The position numbers and the translations under genes were made by a program. Under the pieces are notes generated by a model. It did no database searches. It worked only from the letters and a program-made list of their open reading frames with translations, and was not told the origin of the DNA. From an uncultured Aureispira sp. (GTDB lineage Bacteria; Bacteroidota; Bacteroidia; Chitinophagales; Saprospiraceae), in NCBI GenBank assembly GCA_964399855.1, contig CAYNSF010000002.1, positions 71,691-135,690 on the forward strand: a stretch of 64,000 nucleotides of DNA. The letters run 5' to 3'. Shown piece after piece: positions 47,374-56,857 of the stretch (the first letter of the stretch is position 1; each line of letters opens with the position of its first letter).

Positions 47374-47747
47374 AGAAATATATTTATCAGTCATTGTAAG
47401 AATTAACTCATTTAATTTTTTATTTTTTTGTGGCAACAAATTTTTCTATATTAGATATGATCTTTAATAAAAGAATATAGTTGTGCATATTTTTTGATTA
47501 TTTTGCTTTAGATACTGAAAATTTAATATTTCTTTAAGAATATTATTAATTTGTACATATCTTTGAAGTATAAAGTTTTGTCATAAAATTGTCTAAAATC
47601 TACCCAAATTTCGCTGTATAGAATGGTTCTAAATTACATTTTGGACTATTTTGATTGCGAATTGTAGCTACAAGTTATGATTTTGGATATATATTGACAG
47701 GAAACATGGATTGATTTGAAATATCTTTAAAATTGATCTAAAAGTTT

Positions 47748-47755
47748 TATCTTTG
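47748..47755 (+). promoter_or_regulatory. candidate -7 box (TATCTTTG) for queD
   Basis: Matches TAnnTTTG, 55 nt upstream of the ATG at 47810. Confidence 0.3.
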
Positions 47756-47809
47756 CGCATTCATAACTGAATAACTTTATTAAACAAGCGTTTTTACAAT
47801 ATATATTAT

Positions 47810-48166
47810 ATGCTGATATTTAAGCAATTTACATTCGATGCCGCACATTTTCTTCCTAATGTTCACGATGGACATAAATGTAAAACAATGCATGGGCATA
47901 CATATAGACTGGTAGTATATGTTGAAGGAAAACCGGATGAAAACCTGGGCTGGGTGATGGATTTTAGTGATTTGAAATCTGTAGTCGCTCCTATAGTAGC
48001 TGTGTTGGATCATAAAGTGATCAACGATATCAAAGGATTAGAAAATCCGACTTGTGAGCATATTGCTATCTGGATATGGGATAAAGTAAAAGAAAAACTA
48101 CCCAATTTGTCAAAAGTAGAATTGTACGAAACACCGACATCGGGAGCTGTCTATGAAGGAAGATAG
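47810..48166 (+). CDS. queD: 6-carboxy-5,6,7,8-tetrahydropterin synthase
   Basis: 118 aa. FTFDAAHFLP, CKTMHGHTY and ETPTSGAVY motifs are typical of QueD/PTPS. Confidence 0.85.
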   Translation: MLIFKQFTFDAAHFLPNVHDGHKCKTMHGHTYRLVVYVEGKPDENLGWVMDFSDLKSVVAPIVAVLDHKVINDIKGLENPTCEHIAIWIWDKVKEKLPNLSKVELYETPTSGAVYEGR

Positions 48167-48198
48167 TGTAGAGGGAATGGGATTTGGAACATAAATGC

Positions 48199-48732
48199 CT
48201 AAAATCTGTAATGTTGGTGGAATTCTCCATCTGAAATATTAAGTATCTCTTCACATTCATTCATTACTTTAAATGAGAATTCTCCTTCTATTAAAAAAAA
48301 TGAACTATCTATTTTTCTAAGTAAAAACTTTGATGTTTCTTTTTCAATTAAATAGTACAACTCACATCCTTTGATGTTATTAGTTTTTCTAAAACCAGAT
48401 GTGACGTTGTTTGGACCAGAATATTGATTGTAAATCGAATCGGTATTAAAAACGGAACTAATAATCATTTTAATACCTTCATTTCTTTTATCGCTTTTAC
48501 TTATAAATTCAACAGTTCCCGAAGTTTTATAATAATACTGCAAATCAGTATGAGTACACCCAAATAACGACCCTTGCTCACAGTCGGGTGTCCACCACTT
48601 GCCATTGACCTTACAGCGGAAATACTCGCAGTCAGGGTCATCCTTACAGCGGCTGTATGGCTCTTTGTCGCAGGAAGTAAGCAAGATAGATACTATCAGT
48701 ATAAGCGGGAGATAAAATCTTGATGTGTTCAT
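48199..48732 (-). CDS. hypothetical Cys-rich lipoprotein
   Basis: 177 aa. Lipobox LLTSC. Several Cys in the first 60 mature residues. No motif recognised. Confidence 0.5.
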   Translation of the reverse strand: MNTSRFYLPLILIVSILLTSCDKEPYSRCKDDPDCEYFRCKVNGKWWTPDCEQGSLFGCTHTDLQYYYKTSGTVEFISKSDKRNEGIKMIISSVFNTDSIYNQYSGPNNVTSGFRKTNNIKGCELYYLIEKETSKFLLRKIDSSFFLIEGEFSFKVMNECEEILNISDGEFHQHYRF

Positions 48733-48904
48733 ATTTTTAACTATTTTGAGTTAAGATAGTGGTATTCATATACAAATATACGACATGATATATGATTGTC
48801 AGGTATTTATATCAAATTTTTATGGCATCAAAATTTCTGACATTGTTTTTTCTTTTGGATTGCTTCAGGGTTAGGAGACTATATCATTTTGATAAACAGG
48901 GTAT

Positions 48905-48948
48905 AAAACCATTTTGATTGCCCCAGCCCTGAAGGGCAAAATGGTTTT
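48905..48948. repeat. composite hairpin (aaaaccatttt ... gccc-tgaa-gggc aaaatggtttt)
   Basis: 11-bp outer stem at 48905-48915 / 48938-48948. A 4-bp GC stem-loop at 48926-48937 lies inside it. Confidence 0.7.
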
Positions 48949-49100
48949 TATGCAGTCCTTTATGATTTGTTTTCGGTTTCATTCAGTCAGGGCAAAACGA
49001 AAATAAAGACGACAGCTTTGTTTTTTTTACAATAAAGGCAAACATTGTAGTTGGTGATTGCATTACGATTGGCTTTGAGTCATAAAATAAAACAATTTCA

Positions 49101-49126
49101 TAGCCGGCTGCTTTAGCGGCTGGCTA
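49101..49126. repeat. 11-bp GC-rich hairpin (tagccggctgc-ttta-gcggctggcta)
   Basis: Read directly from the sequence. The stem includes two G-U wobble pairs. Confidence 0.7.
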
Positions 49127-49245
49127 TAAATCCGTGTAAAAAGCGGGCTTTGACCCAAAATACATATTCTTTTTCATCGCAAATAAATTTGCCAATGCCA
49201 TTCATGCTGATGTTGCAAATAAATTTTCAACGCCATAATTTCTCC

Positions 49246-50871
49246 CTAAAACACCCATTTTATACCTACTCTTGCCTGAATACCTGCATTGGGATATCCG
49301 TAATATCTTTCGTATTGATTGTTCAATAGATTGATACCTTTTATATGAAAGTGCAGGTTTTCGAGTAGAGCATATTCTGCTTCAAGGCTGAGATCCAAGA
49401 GCAATCCGGATTTGGAATGTTCACCCAACTTGTTGATATAATGAACGGGACTACCCAAATATGCATCGCCACGAAGGCTCAACTTATCATTGATAAACTT
49501 TGCTATCGTATAGACATTGGCTTCTAATGCCGGAGTATGCCATGCTTGCTCTAATGTGTCCGTTTTAAAGAAATTTTGCGTAAGCCAACCACCAAATCTG
49601 TATGTATCAGAAAATGTAAAATCCAGATTACCACTGATAAATGTCGCACCCATATTGTCATAAACCATGTCGAATACACGCAAATCATTCGTGTTATTCA
49701 GTAGATACATCTGGTTTTTGATGTTTTTATAACCTGCCTTTGCCTGATATGCCAAAAATGAAAATTTGCCTTTAAACCCTGCGCTATATTCCTGCCAAAC
49801 GGTTGTACTTAGAGAATCTATACGAGTGTTTAGGTATGGATTGTATGCGACAACATTCGTTGTTGTGTTGGAGTAGTAATGCTGTTGAATTTTCGCGAAT
49901 ATCAAAAGATTTTTTTCAGGAACAGACCAGCCTATCTCTGCTTCCGGAAATATAGAAGATCGCCCATCAGAAGTGTATAACAAATTAACACCACCGTCTA
50001 AAAGCAAGTTGCTGATTTGAGTTTTGAAGTGTGGTTTGAAATACGCTGTTGACAAACTAAGTTCTAATGAATCTTTGTAAGCTGTATAGTCATATCCCGC
50101 ATGGACATAGATTACGCTGCTTTTACCAAATTGCTTCTCTGCCATGGCTTGAATGCCCAGTCCATTGTCTTTAGCATTATTGCTGTTAATGGATAGATTA
50201 TGGATGTTAAATTGCACGTCATAATTGAACTGATATTTAGTGGATTCGGGATTGGCAATACCGATTTTGAAATTGTTAGCGTTGAGTTTGCGTCTGAGCT
50301 CCTGGCTTTCGTATAAGGTGTCAATGCCCAGATCCGTATGATAGAGATTTCTGTTTTGGAAAGAAGTATTGAGCTCTCCGTAGAGTTTTAGATTTTCTTT
50401 GAGCAGATAATCTCCGTACAATGCTACTTTGGTGTGATTATACTTTTGATATCGTGTATTATTACTGTTGTCAAGCGCCTGATATCCAACGTGAATACCT
50501 GCATTATATCGGTCTTTTTGCGCCAAATGATAGCCACCCATGAAGTCTATATTGTTCTTAATGCCGTAAGCACCAAAGAGATAGCCGTTATTCACGATAA
50601 AGGGTGCGTCTTGCTGCATAGATAATGGTAGGATTTGTGGCTTTGACGCTTCTGATTTTACAGGAAATTCCGATATATCATACTTGTATGCTGGTGTGAA
50701 ATTGGTAGCCGGTGGAGTAGTAGGCTTGACAAACAACAGAGAAGCATCTTGGATTTTAGCTTCAAAATCTTTGATTACTTCTACTTGCTTGATATCCAAA
50801 TGTGCCGTATCGGATTGACCCAATAAGCTAAATGTCGTAAATAAAATAGTGATAAATAATGTATATTTCAT
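49246..50871 (-). CDS. outer-membrane beta-barrel protein of unknown function
   Basis: 541 aa with a signal peptide. Alternating-strand pattern. C-terminal beta-signal RVGIKWVF. Lies 35 nt downstream of the TPR gene. Confidence 0.6.
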   Translation of the reverse strand: MKYTLFITILFTTFSLLGQSDTAHLDIKQVEVIKDFEAKIQDASLLFVKPTTPPATNFTPAYKYDISEFPVKSEASKPQILPLSMQQDAPFIVNNGYLFGAYGIKNNIDFMGGYHLAQKDRYNAGIHVGYQALDNSNNTRYQKYNHTKVALYGDYLLKENLKLYGELNTSFQNRNLYHTDLGIDTLYESQELRRKLNANNFKIGIANPESTKYQFNYDVQFNIHNLSINSNNAKDNGLGIQAMAEKQFGKSSVIYVHAGYDYTAYKDSLELSLSTAYFKPHFKTQISNLLLDGGVNLLYTSDGRSSIFPEAEIGWSVPEKNLLIFAKIQQHYYSNTTTNVVAYNPYLNTRIDSLSTTVWQEYSAGFKGKFSFLAYQAKAGYKNIKNQMYLLNNTNDLRVFDMVYDNMGATFISGNLDFTFSDTYRFGGWLTQNFFKTDTLEQAWHTPALEANVYTIAKFINDKLSLRGDAYLGSPVHYINKLGEHSKSGLLLDLSLEAEYALLENLHFHIKGINLLNNQYERYYGYPNAGIQARVGIKWVF

Positions 50872-50906
50872 GATCTTTGATATCTAATTTTGAATGAAAA
50901 TAGTTT

Positions 50907-53900
50907 TTAAGGATGTTGCATTTCAAGCATATTACTTTCTTCGCTTCCTTGTTTGATACGGGATTTACCTTGCTCTAATTGGCTGATTTGATCTAATCTG
51001 CTTTGGGCTTCATGGAGCAATGCTGTATCGTCTTTAAAATTTTCGATGATCGCTTCAAGTGCCGCTCGTGCATTGAACAGGTCTTTCTTATCAACATAAA
51101 TGTCAGAAAGCAATATTAAACTTTTCGCAATCCAATAAGGGTATGCTGCATTTTGTTCGTTGGCAAGGTTGCATTGCGCTTCCGCATCGTTGATTTTACC
51201 TTGTTTGTAAAGGATTTCCGCCAGCATATATCTCGATTCTGCGGCTTGATTATTGTCCGAAAGTGTACTCACTTTATTAAATGCGCTACTAGCATTGGAC
51301 ATATCATTATCGCGCATATAGGTTTTGGCAAGATAATACCAGGCTGCTACCTTTTCGTCCGAAGTGGCATATTTGTGCTCTGTGACGAACTTACCATACG
51401 TTGTTACCGCTTCCCCATTACTTATCCTGAATGCACTTCTCAATGCTGCCAATCCGACTTTGTATTTCTCCTCCTCATCGGTCAACAGCTGATAATATCT
51501 ATCATTATATTGGTATGCTTTGTCAAATTGTTGTGTAGAATTATATGCAATTAATGCAGCTTTACGCAATGCTTGAGTGTAAAATGCTGATGTTCCTGCA
51601 TGTAGTACCGTTTCGTAATCGCCTAAGGCCTGTTCATATTTTTTGAGTATGGTAAACGATTCTGCTCTGTAATACAAAGCCGAAAGTCGATTGGCACCAT
51701 TGGGATATTTATCGAGATAATTGCTAAATCCTGCAATGGCTTTTTCGTATTCACCGTCATTGTAACGGAGATTGCCCACCATATATGCGAGAGAATCAGC
51801 GGTACGTTCAGTGATTTTATAGCCGGGAAGCGTACTGACATAAGCAACATATTCGTCAGATTTACCTAAATCGTTGATATAAATCTCCTGTAATCGCAGC
51901 AGTGCACTTTGAGACTCACGAGCTGCGGGATTATTGGTCAATACCGCTTTATAGTGAGAAATGGAAGTATTTAAGTCGCCTTTATTATAAGCTATTAGAC
52001 CCAATTTGAGGTGTGCTTCATTGACATAAGGACTTGTTTTGTATTGTAAAGTAAGCTCTTTGTATGTTTGGAATGCATTTTCGAAATTTTCAACATCCGA
52101 ATATGTATCACCAAGTTGAAGTAGAGCATCATCAGCGTATTCTGACTCGGGATGTTGCATTTTTAAAGTACGCATCGTAACGATTTTTTCAAAAGGCTCA
52201 TCCAATAATCCCTGTATCATACCACGCTGATACAAAGCATAGATATAAGGGCCTTGTTTTTTCTGAACGACATGATTGTACGACTTGACCGCCTCTTTGT
52301 ATTGACGAAGTTTGAATTGGCAATCTCCTTTACGGACGATAGCATCTGGCCAAACTACATCTGTGATCTGCTTGTTTTTGATTTTCGCAGCGTGGGTTTG
52401 AATCAAGTTGCCAGCTTGTGCAAATGCTTTTTCCGCATCGACGTATTGTAGTAGCTTGAAGTCGTTATAACCTTGCGTATAATAAGCCATGGCTTGCGTG
52501 GATTCGTCGGGCATCCAAGTGATACCAATGCTCACTTCAAAGTAGTTTTTGAGTAACGTGTTCGATTCGTTATAATGACCTTGTTCATGTTGGATCAGTG
52601 CTGACCAATACAATCCCTGTGCTGCTGTAATACGGCTGGATTGATATTTTGATGCTTTCGCAAAATTGGTATAAGCTTCGTCTTTATTATCATCATTATA
52701 AAGTTGAATGCCATATTTCAAAGACAATGACTGGTATATAACTTTCATTTTTTCATTGACCGAAGTCATATTCTCAATGATCTGAATTCCTGTGGCATAA
52801 TCGGATGTGTTTTCAAGTAATTCGCCAAGAATGTTTTGAGCCTCATTGTAATATTTGTTTTTCGCATCTACTTTCAACAGCGTGTTGATCGCTTCTCTTT
52901 CGTATCCCGATGTAGCTGAAAGCTTGGCGTAATTGATTGTCGCTTCGTCTCTCAGATCTGGTTCGTAATCCATTTGACTGACATTTTTGAAAGCGGTGCG
53001 AGCAGAAAGTTGGTCGCCTGTCTTGTTGTAACAATCGGCAAGATAATGATTGACCACTTGACCCAATCTTGAATCTAATTGACTTAATTCCTTGAAGTTA
53101 GGAATCGCCTCTGAGTATTTTCCAAGTTTATATTGTGTGAAACCCAATTGATAAAATTCATCTATCGTCAGTTTTTCCGAATTGGCTTCATTGTATGCTA
53201 AGTGAGGAAGTGCCAGTTCGTATTTTTCTTGGCGAAAATACGCTTGTCCGATGATAAGTCTGATTTCCTTACGATTGCGCAACTGATTGTCTTTCAATGC
53301 CGCTTCACCATATTGTATGGCTTTGTCGTCCTGCCCTTGTGCCGCATATATCTGTACGAGATAGTATGGAACAAAAGATTTGTAAGTAGCATGATCCTTT
53401 ACTTTATCAAAACTGAATATTGCATCATTATAGTTTCCAAGGAAGTAATCCGTAAGACCATAATAATAATAGGTAGGGTAGTAGTAGTCGCCCTTGATAT
53501 CCTTAGTTTTGTCCAAAACACGACGAGCATCTACAAATGATTTCATAACAAAGAGCGAATAGCCTTTCTTGAGTGATGCTTCTGCCTTGTCATATTCTGA
53601 CAACATCTCCAATTGTACCAAATCATACGTTTCGATACATCGCTGATACCATTTCTTGTTGAAATAATAGCTGCCGAGTTCAAGTATAGCAGGGATAGCG
53701 ACAGGATCCGGATATTTATGATTGATAAATGTGACGAGTTCGTTCTCTCCACTCATCAGATCGGCACGCAATCCTGAGATCGCAGACATGGAAAGCGCAT
53801 CATCCTTGATATTGGAAAAATCATCTTCCGTAGCCGGGTGTTTTTGTTCGGAAAACTGCCGCAACGAATATCGTGCAGGTCCGTAAAGACTGTAATCAAA

Positions 53901-54014
53901 AAATGATGTTCCTGTATGGTAATGCAATAGCGTATTTCTATCCGTTTTATTTTCCTGAGCGATAGAAAATTGCGTTATAATCAGCAGTAAGGCTGTAATT
54001 CGTAAAGACTTCAT
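50907..54014 (-). CDS. large tetratricopeptide-repeat protein (exported)
   Basis: I prefer the start at 54014 (MKSLRITALLLIITQFSIAQ signal peptide). More than 15 TPR-like helix pairs run through the whole protein. Confidence 0.7.
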   Translation of the reverse strand: MKSLRITALLLIITQFSIAQENKTDRNTLLHYHTGTSFFDYSLYGPARYSLRQFSEQKHPATEDDFSNIKDDALSMSAISGLRADLMSGENELVTFINHKYPDPVAIPAILELGSYYFNKKWYQRCIETYDLVQLEMLSEYDKAEASLKKGYSLFVMKSFVDARRVLDKTKDIKGDYYYPTYYYYGLTDYFLGNYNDAIFSFDKVKDHATYKSFVPYYLVQIYAAQGQDDKAIQYGEAALKDNQLRNRKEIRLIIGQAYFRQEKYELALPHLAYNEANSEKLTIDEFYQLGFTQYKLGKYSEAIPNFKELSQLDSRLGQVVNHYLADCYNKTGDQLSARTAFKNVSQMDYEPDLRDEATINYAKLSATSGYEREAINTLLKVDAKNKYYNEAQNILGELLENTSDYATGIQIIENMTSVNEKMKVIYQSLSLKYGIQLYNDDNKDEAYTNFAKASKYQSSRITAAQGLYWSALIQHEQGHYNESNTLLKNYFEVSIGITWMPDESTQAMAYYTQGYNDFKLLQYVDAEKAFAQAGNLIQTHAAKIKNKQITDVVWPDAIVRKGDCQFKLRQYKEAVKSYNHVVQKKQGPYIYALYQRGMIQGLLDEPFEKIVTMRTLKMQHPESEYADDALLQLGDTYSDVENFENAFQTYKELTLQYKTSPYVNEAHLKLGLIAYNKGDLNTSISHYKAVLTNNPAARESQSALLRLQEIYINDLGKSDEYVAYVSTLPGYKITERTADSLAYMVGNLRYNDGEYEKAIAGFSNYLDKYPNGANRLSALYYRAESFTILKKYEQALGDYETVLHAGTSAFYTQALRKAALIAYNSTQQFDKAYQYNDRYYQLLTDEEEKYKVGLAALRSAFRISNGEAVTTYGKFVTEHKYATSDEKVAAWYYLAKTYMRDNDMSNASSAFNKVSTLSDNNQAAESRYMLAEILYKQGKINDAEAQCNLANEQNAAYPYWIAKSLILLSDIYVDKKDLFNARAALEAIIENFKDDTALLHEAQSRLDQISQLEQGKSRIKQGSEESNMLEMQHP

Positions 54015-54241
54015 ATAAATAAATGTGTGTTGAAGATTTTTAATCTTTAAATACAGAGGCAAATATATGACAATTATTTGTAATATGAAGTATTTAGAGT
54101 GTGATTTTTTGTTAGAATGGTGTGGTATGAGTATCTTTTTTTTAGTAACTTTAATTTTTTTTCGAAAATTTGTTCGGGTTATGTCATTAAATCACGTATT
54201 TTTATTTACGAATTACAGGTTTTAGTTTCTTTGATACTAAC

Positions 54242-55138
54242 TCATTCGTAATCCGTAATTAAAGTATATTCTTCCGCAATCATCCATTTTTCACGCATAC
54301 GAAAAGCAGGAATGGTTTGCCGCTTGGCTTTGTTGGCTGCCACATTGGGTTTTACACCGTTTTTTGATGCCCAAACCGAAAGCGGTATTATTTTTTTTGC
54401 TGTTAGCATTGTTATTCGTTTGTTTAGTGCTTCTATCAGTAACAAAGCGAACAAAGATGTGAAACCACCAAATTTCAACGTTGATTGGTATTGTGATAAT
54501 AATGGATAATATTCTGTGTTTTTACTTTTGTTTTGAATGATGATAGGCGGTAAACCTAAGTTCATTAACTGCAGATTGATTAGCACTCTGCCTATGCGTC
54601 CATTTCCGTCAACAAAAGGATGAATCGTTTCAAATTCCGCATGAAAGTGCGCTATGGCATCTAAAAAATAGCGATTTTCACTCTGATTGTATTTATCTAT
54701 CAACTCTTGCATCAAAGTAGGAACAAATTGTGGGTTTGCTCCTAAGTGATTGCCCACACGCACCCATTCTTTACCGCTGCGAAAACGTCCTGCTGCGCTT
54801 TCGTCAATATGTGTAAGCAAGGATTTGTGTAAGTTTAAAATGAGTTTGATATTGAGTATATGTTTTTTTTTGTTAAGGAGGTCTTCAGTGATTTTTGCAA
54901 GATTTTTTGCCTCGTATATTTCACGAACGTTTACCTTGCGGTTTAGATCGTTGCCGGCCAATATCTTTTCAGTATCATCTAAAGAAAGCGTTGAATTTTC
55001 TATAGCGTTTGAGTTGTACACCATTTCGGCTATTTCTGCAATGGCTATCTCTTTAAGCAAGGTTTCGTTTCCTTTTACCAATGTAAAGTAACTGTTTTGC
55101 AGTATTTCTATTCGGTCTTTTGTCGTTTTATTTATCAC
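54242..55138 (-). CDS. Fic-family protein (class II, N-terminal inhibitory motif)
   Basis: 298 aa. Active-site HPFVDGNGRIGR. SNAIEN matches the [ST]xxxE[GN] auto-inhibition motif. Confidence 0.85.
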   Translation of the reverse strand: MINKTTKDRIEILQNSYFTLVKGNETLLKEIAIAEIAEMVYNSNAIENSTLSLDDTEKILAGNDLNRKVNVREIYEAKNLAKITEDLLNKKKHILNIKLILNLHKSLLTHIDESAAGRFRSGKEWVRVGNHLGANPQFVPTLMQELIDKYNQSENRYFLDAIAHFHAEFETIHPFVDGNGRIGRVLINLQLMNLGLPPIIIQNKSKNTEYYPLLSQYQSTLKFGGFTSLFALLLIEALNKRITMLTAKKIIPLSVWASKNGVKPNVAANKAKRQTIPAFRMREKWMIAEEYTLITDYE

Positions 55139-55277
55139 TTTTAAAAATACAAATTATTATTTAAATACACAAGTTAAGAATAATATACCGTGAAAAGACA
55201 CGCAAATATACAAAATTTTCACGTAAAATTAGTTTCTTTTTTTACTTATGGCTTTTATATACATCATGATGTTATAC

Positions 55278-55396
55278 AAGTGCTCTGTCAACAAAAAGAT
55301 CTTAATGAAATGTCGTTCTTTTTTCAAATCTCATCGTTAAAAATACTCGCCATAGTTACCACTATGCCTGTCTTTTTTGCCTTGATCTTTAAAAAA
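55278..55396 (+). mobile_element. MITE-like element, copy D (left ~120 bp only)
   Basis: aagtgctctgtcaacaaaaagatcttaatgaaatgtcgttcttttttcaaatctcatcgttaaaaatactcgcc is nearly identical to the reverse complement of copy A's right part. Homology stops after gccttgatctttaaaaaa. Confidence 0.7.
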
Positions 55397-55452
55397 CCTA
55401 AAATCCGCAATCAAATATTTTTTTTATAAGATTGCAAATATCTATTTCTGAG

Positions 55453-56835
55453 CATTGTTGTCCGATAAAAACGAGAAGCCAAGCTAAAGGCTTCCCGTAA
55501 TAATCGTAACTTTGTGCTACTAAACCTAAATTACGATGAGCAAAAGTAATCATTTTTCGACAAAACCCGTTTTCGGACAGCTGATTTCATTAATTGACGA
55601 TTCAATTATAACAAAAGAAGTAAAAAATGTGATTCTGACCGTTATACCAAGCGGTTCAAAACGAAAGACCATTTGATAAGTATGCTATTTTGTGCATTTT
55701 CAAAATGTACTTCACTTCGTGAAATATCGGGTGCAATGCTTGGATTGTCTGGTAAAACATCAGGGTTTCAATTAAACCACATTCCCAAAAGAAGTACATT
55801 ATCGGATGCCAATAAGAGACGAGATGTTTCGGTTTTCGAAAATATTTATCATGCATTACTCAAACGATATGGTCGTGTTTTGTCGGACAGCCGGATTAAA
55901 GATGTGATAAACAAACAGGTTAAAATCTTTGATAGCACCACTATCAGCTTGTTTAAAGACATTATGGAAGGCGTTGGTAGGATTGCAAAAACGGGCAAAA
56001 TTAAAGGAGGTGTTAAGGTTCATACCGTAGTGAATGCTGATGAAATTGTTCCTAATGTGGTTTGGTTCAGCGATGCAAAACAAGTGACCATAAGTTTTTA
56101 GATAAACTAAAATGCGATAAAAACACCGTGTATGTTTTCGACAGAGGATACAATGATTACAAAGCATTTGCTCATTTTAGTGATCATAAAACAGGGTTTG
56201 TAACTCGTATAAATGACAATGCTTCCTATATCAATATTGAAAAATTAGACGTCGGAGAGCATATACATAGCGGTGTATTACAAGATGATATCATAGAAGT
56301 TGATGTAAAAAAGGATAAAGAAACCGTGAAATTAAAGCTACGCAAAGTGGTTTTTTACGATCGGGCAAACAAAAGGAAATTTGAGTTTTTGACCAACTTG
56401 TTTGATATTAGAGCCGATTTGATTGCGGCACTATACAAAATCAGGTGGAAGATAGAGTTATTGTTCAAACAATTGAAACAAAATTTCCCATTGAAATACT
56501 TTCTTGGCGATAACGAAAACGCAATCAAAATACAGATATACTGTGTGTTAATAGTCAATCTATTACTGGCGGTCATCAAAAAGTTGTTGAAACGGCAATG
56601 GGCATTTTTAAATTTGGTAAGTTTTTGCAAAATACATTTGTTTAATCACATCAATCTGATTAGGTTTTTGGAAAATCCGAAAAAGATTGGATTATCGACA
56701 AAGACGACGGTATGCTATTATCCTTTTTTGGTTAGCTTGATTTTTGATTTTTGAAAATGAAAAATAATATTTAGTTGATTATCAGCTAAATACTAAATTC
56801 AATTCGTTGAAAAATATTTTTATCGGACGCTAATG
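55453..56835 (+). mobile_element. IS4-family-like insertion sequence (~1.38 kb) with imperfect terminal inverted repeats
   Basis: Left end cattgttgtccgataaaaa. The reverse complement of the right end is cattagcgtccgataaaaa. Encloses the transposase reading frames. No clear target-site duplication seen. Confidence 0.65.
55536..56754 (+). pseudogene. DDE transposase (DUF4372 N-terminus plus IS4-type DDE domain) split into three frames
   Basis: The fragments are 55536-55676 (MSKSNHFSTKPVFGQLISLIDDS), 55673-56101 and 56062-56754. The frame changes by -1 at the A6 run 55622-55627 and at gcaaaac near 56074. The joined sequence reads ...DAKTSDHKFLDKL..., and the final fragment (56062-56754) contains DRGYNDY and YKIRWKIELLFKQLK. 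Confidence 0.7.
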
Positions 56836-56857
56836 ATATTTATTATATATACAATGA

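Noticed and set aside
55622-56075. Programmed -1 ribosomal frameshifting in the transposase
   Set aside because: Two separate shifts in an IS4-type transposase would be unprecedented to my knowledge, and there is no downstream stimulatory structure. Homopolymer indels (decay or sequencing error) are the simpler explanation.
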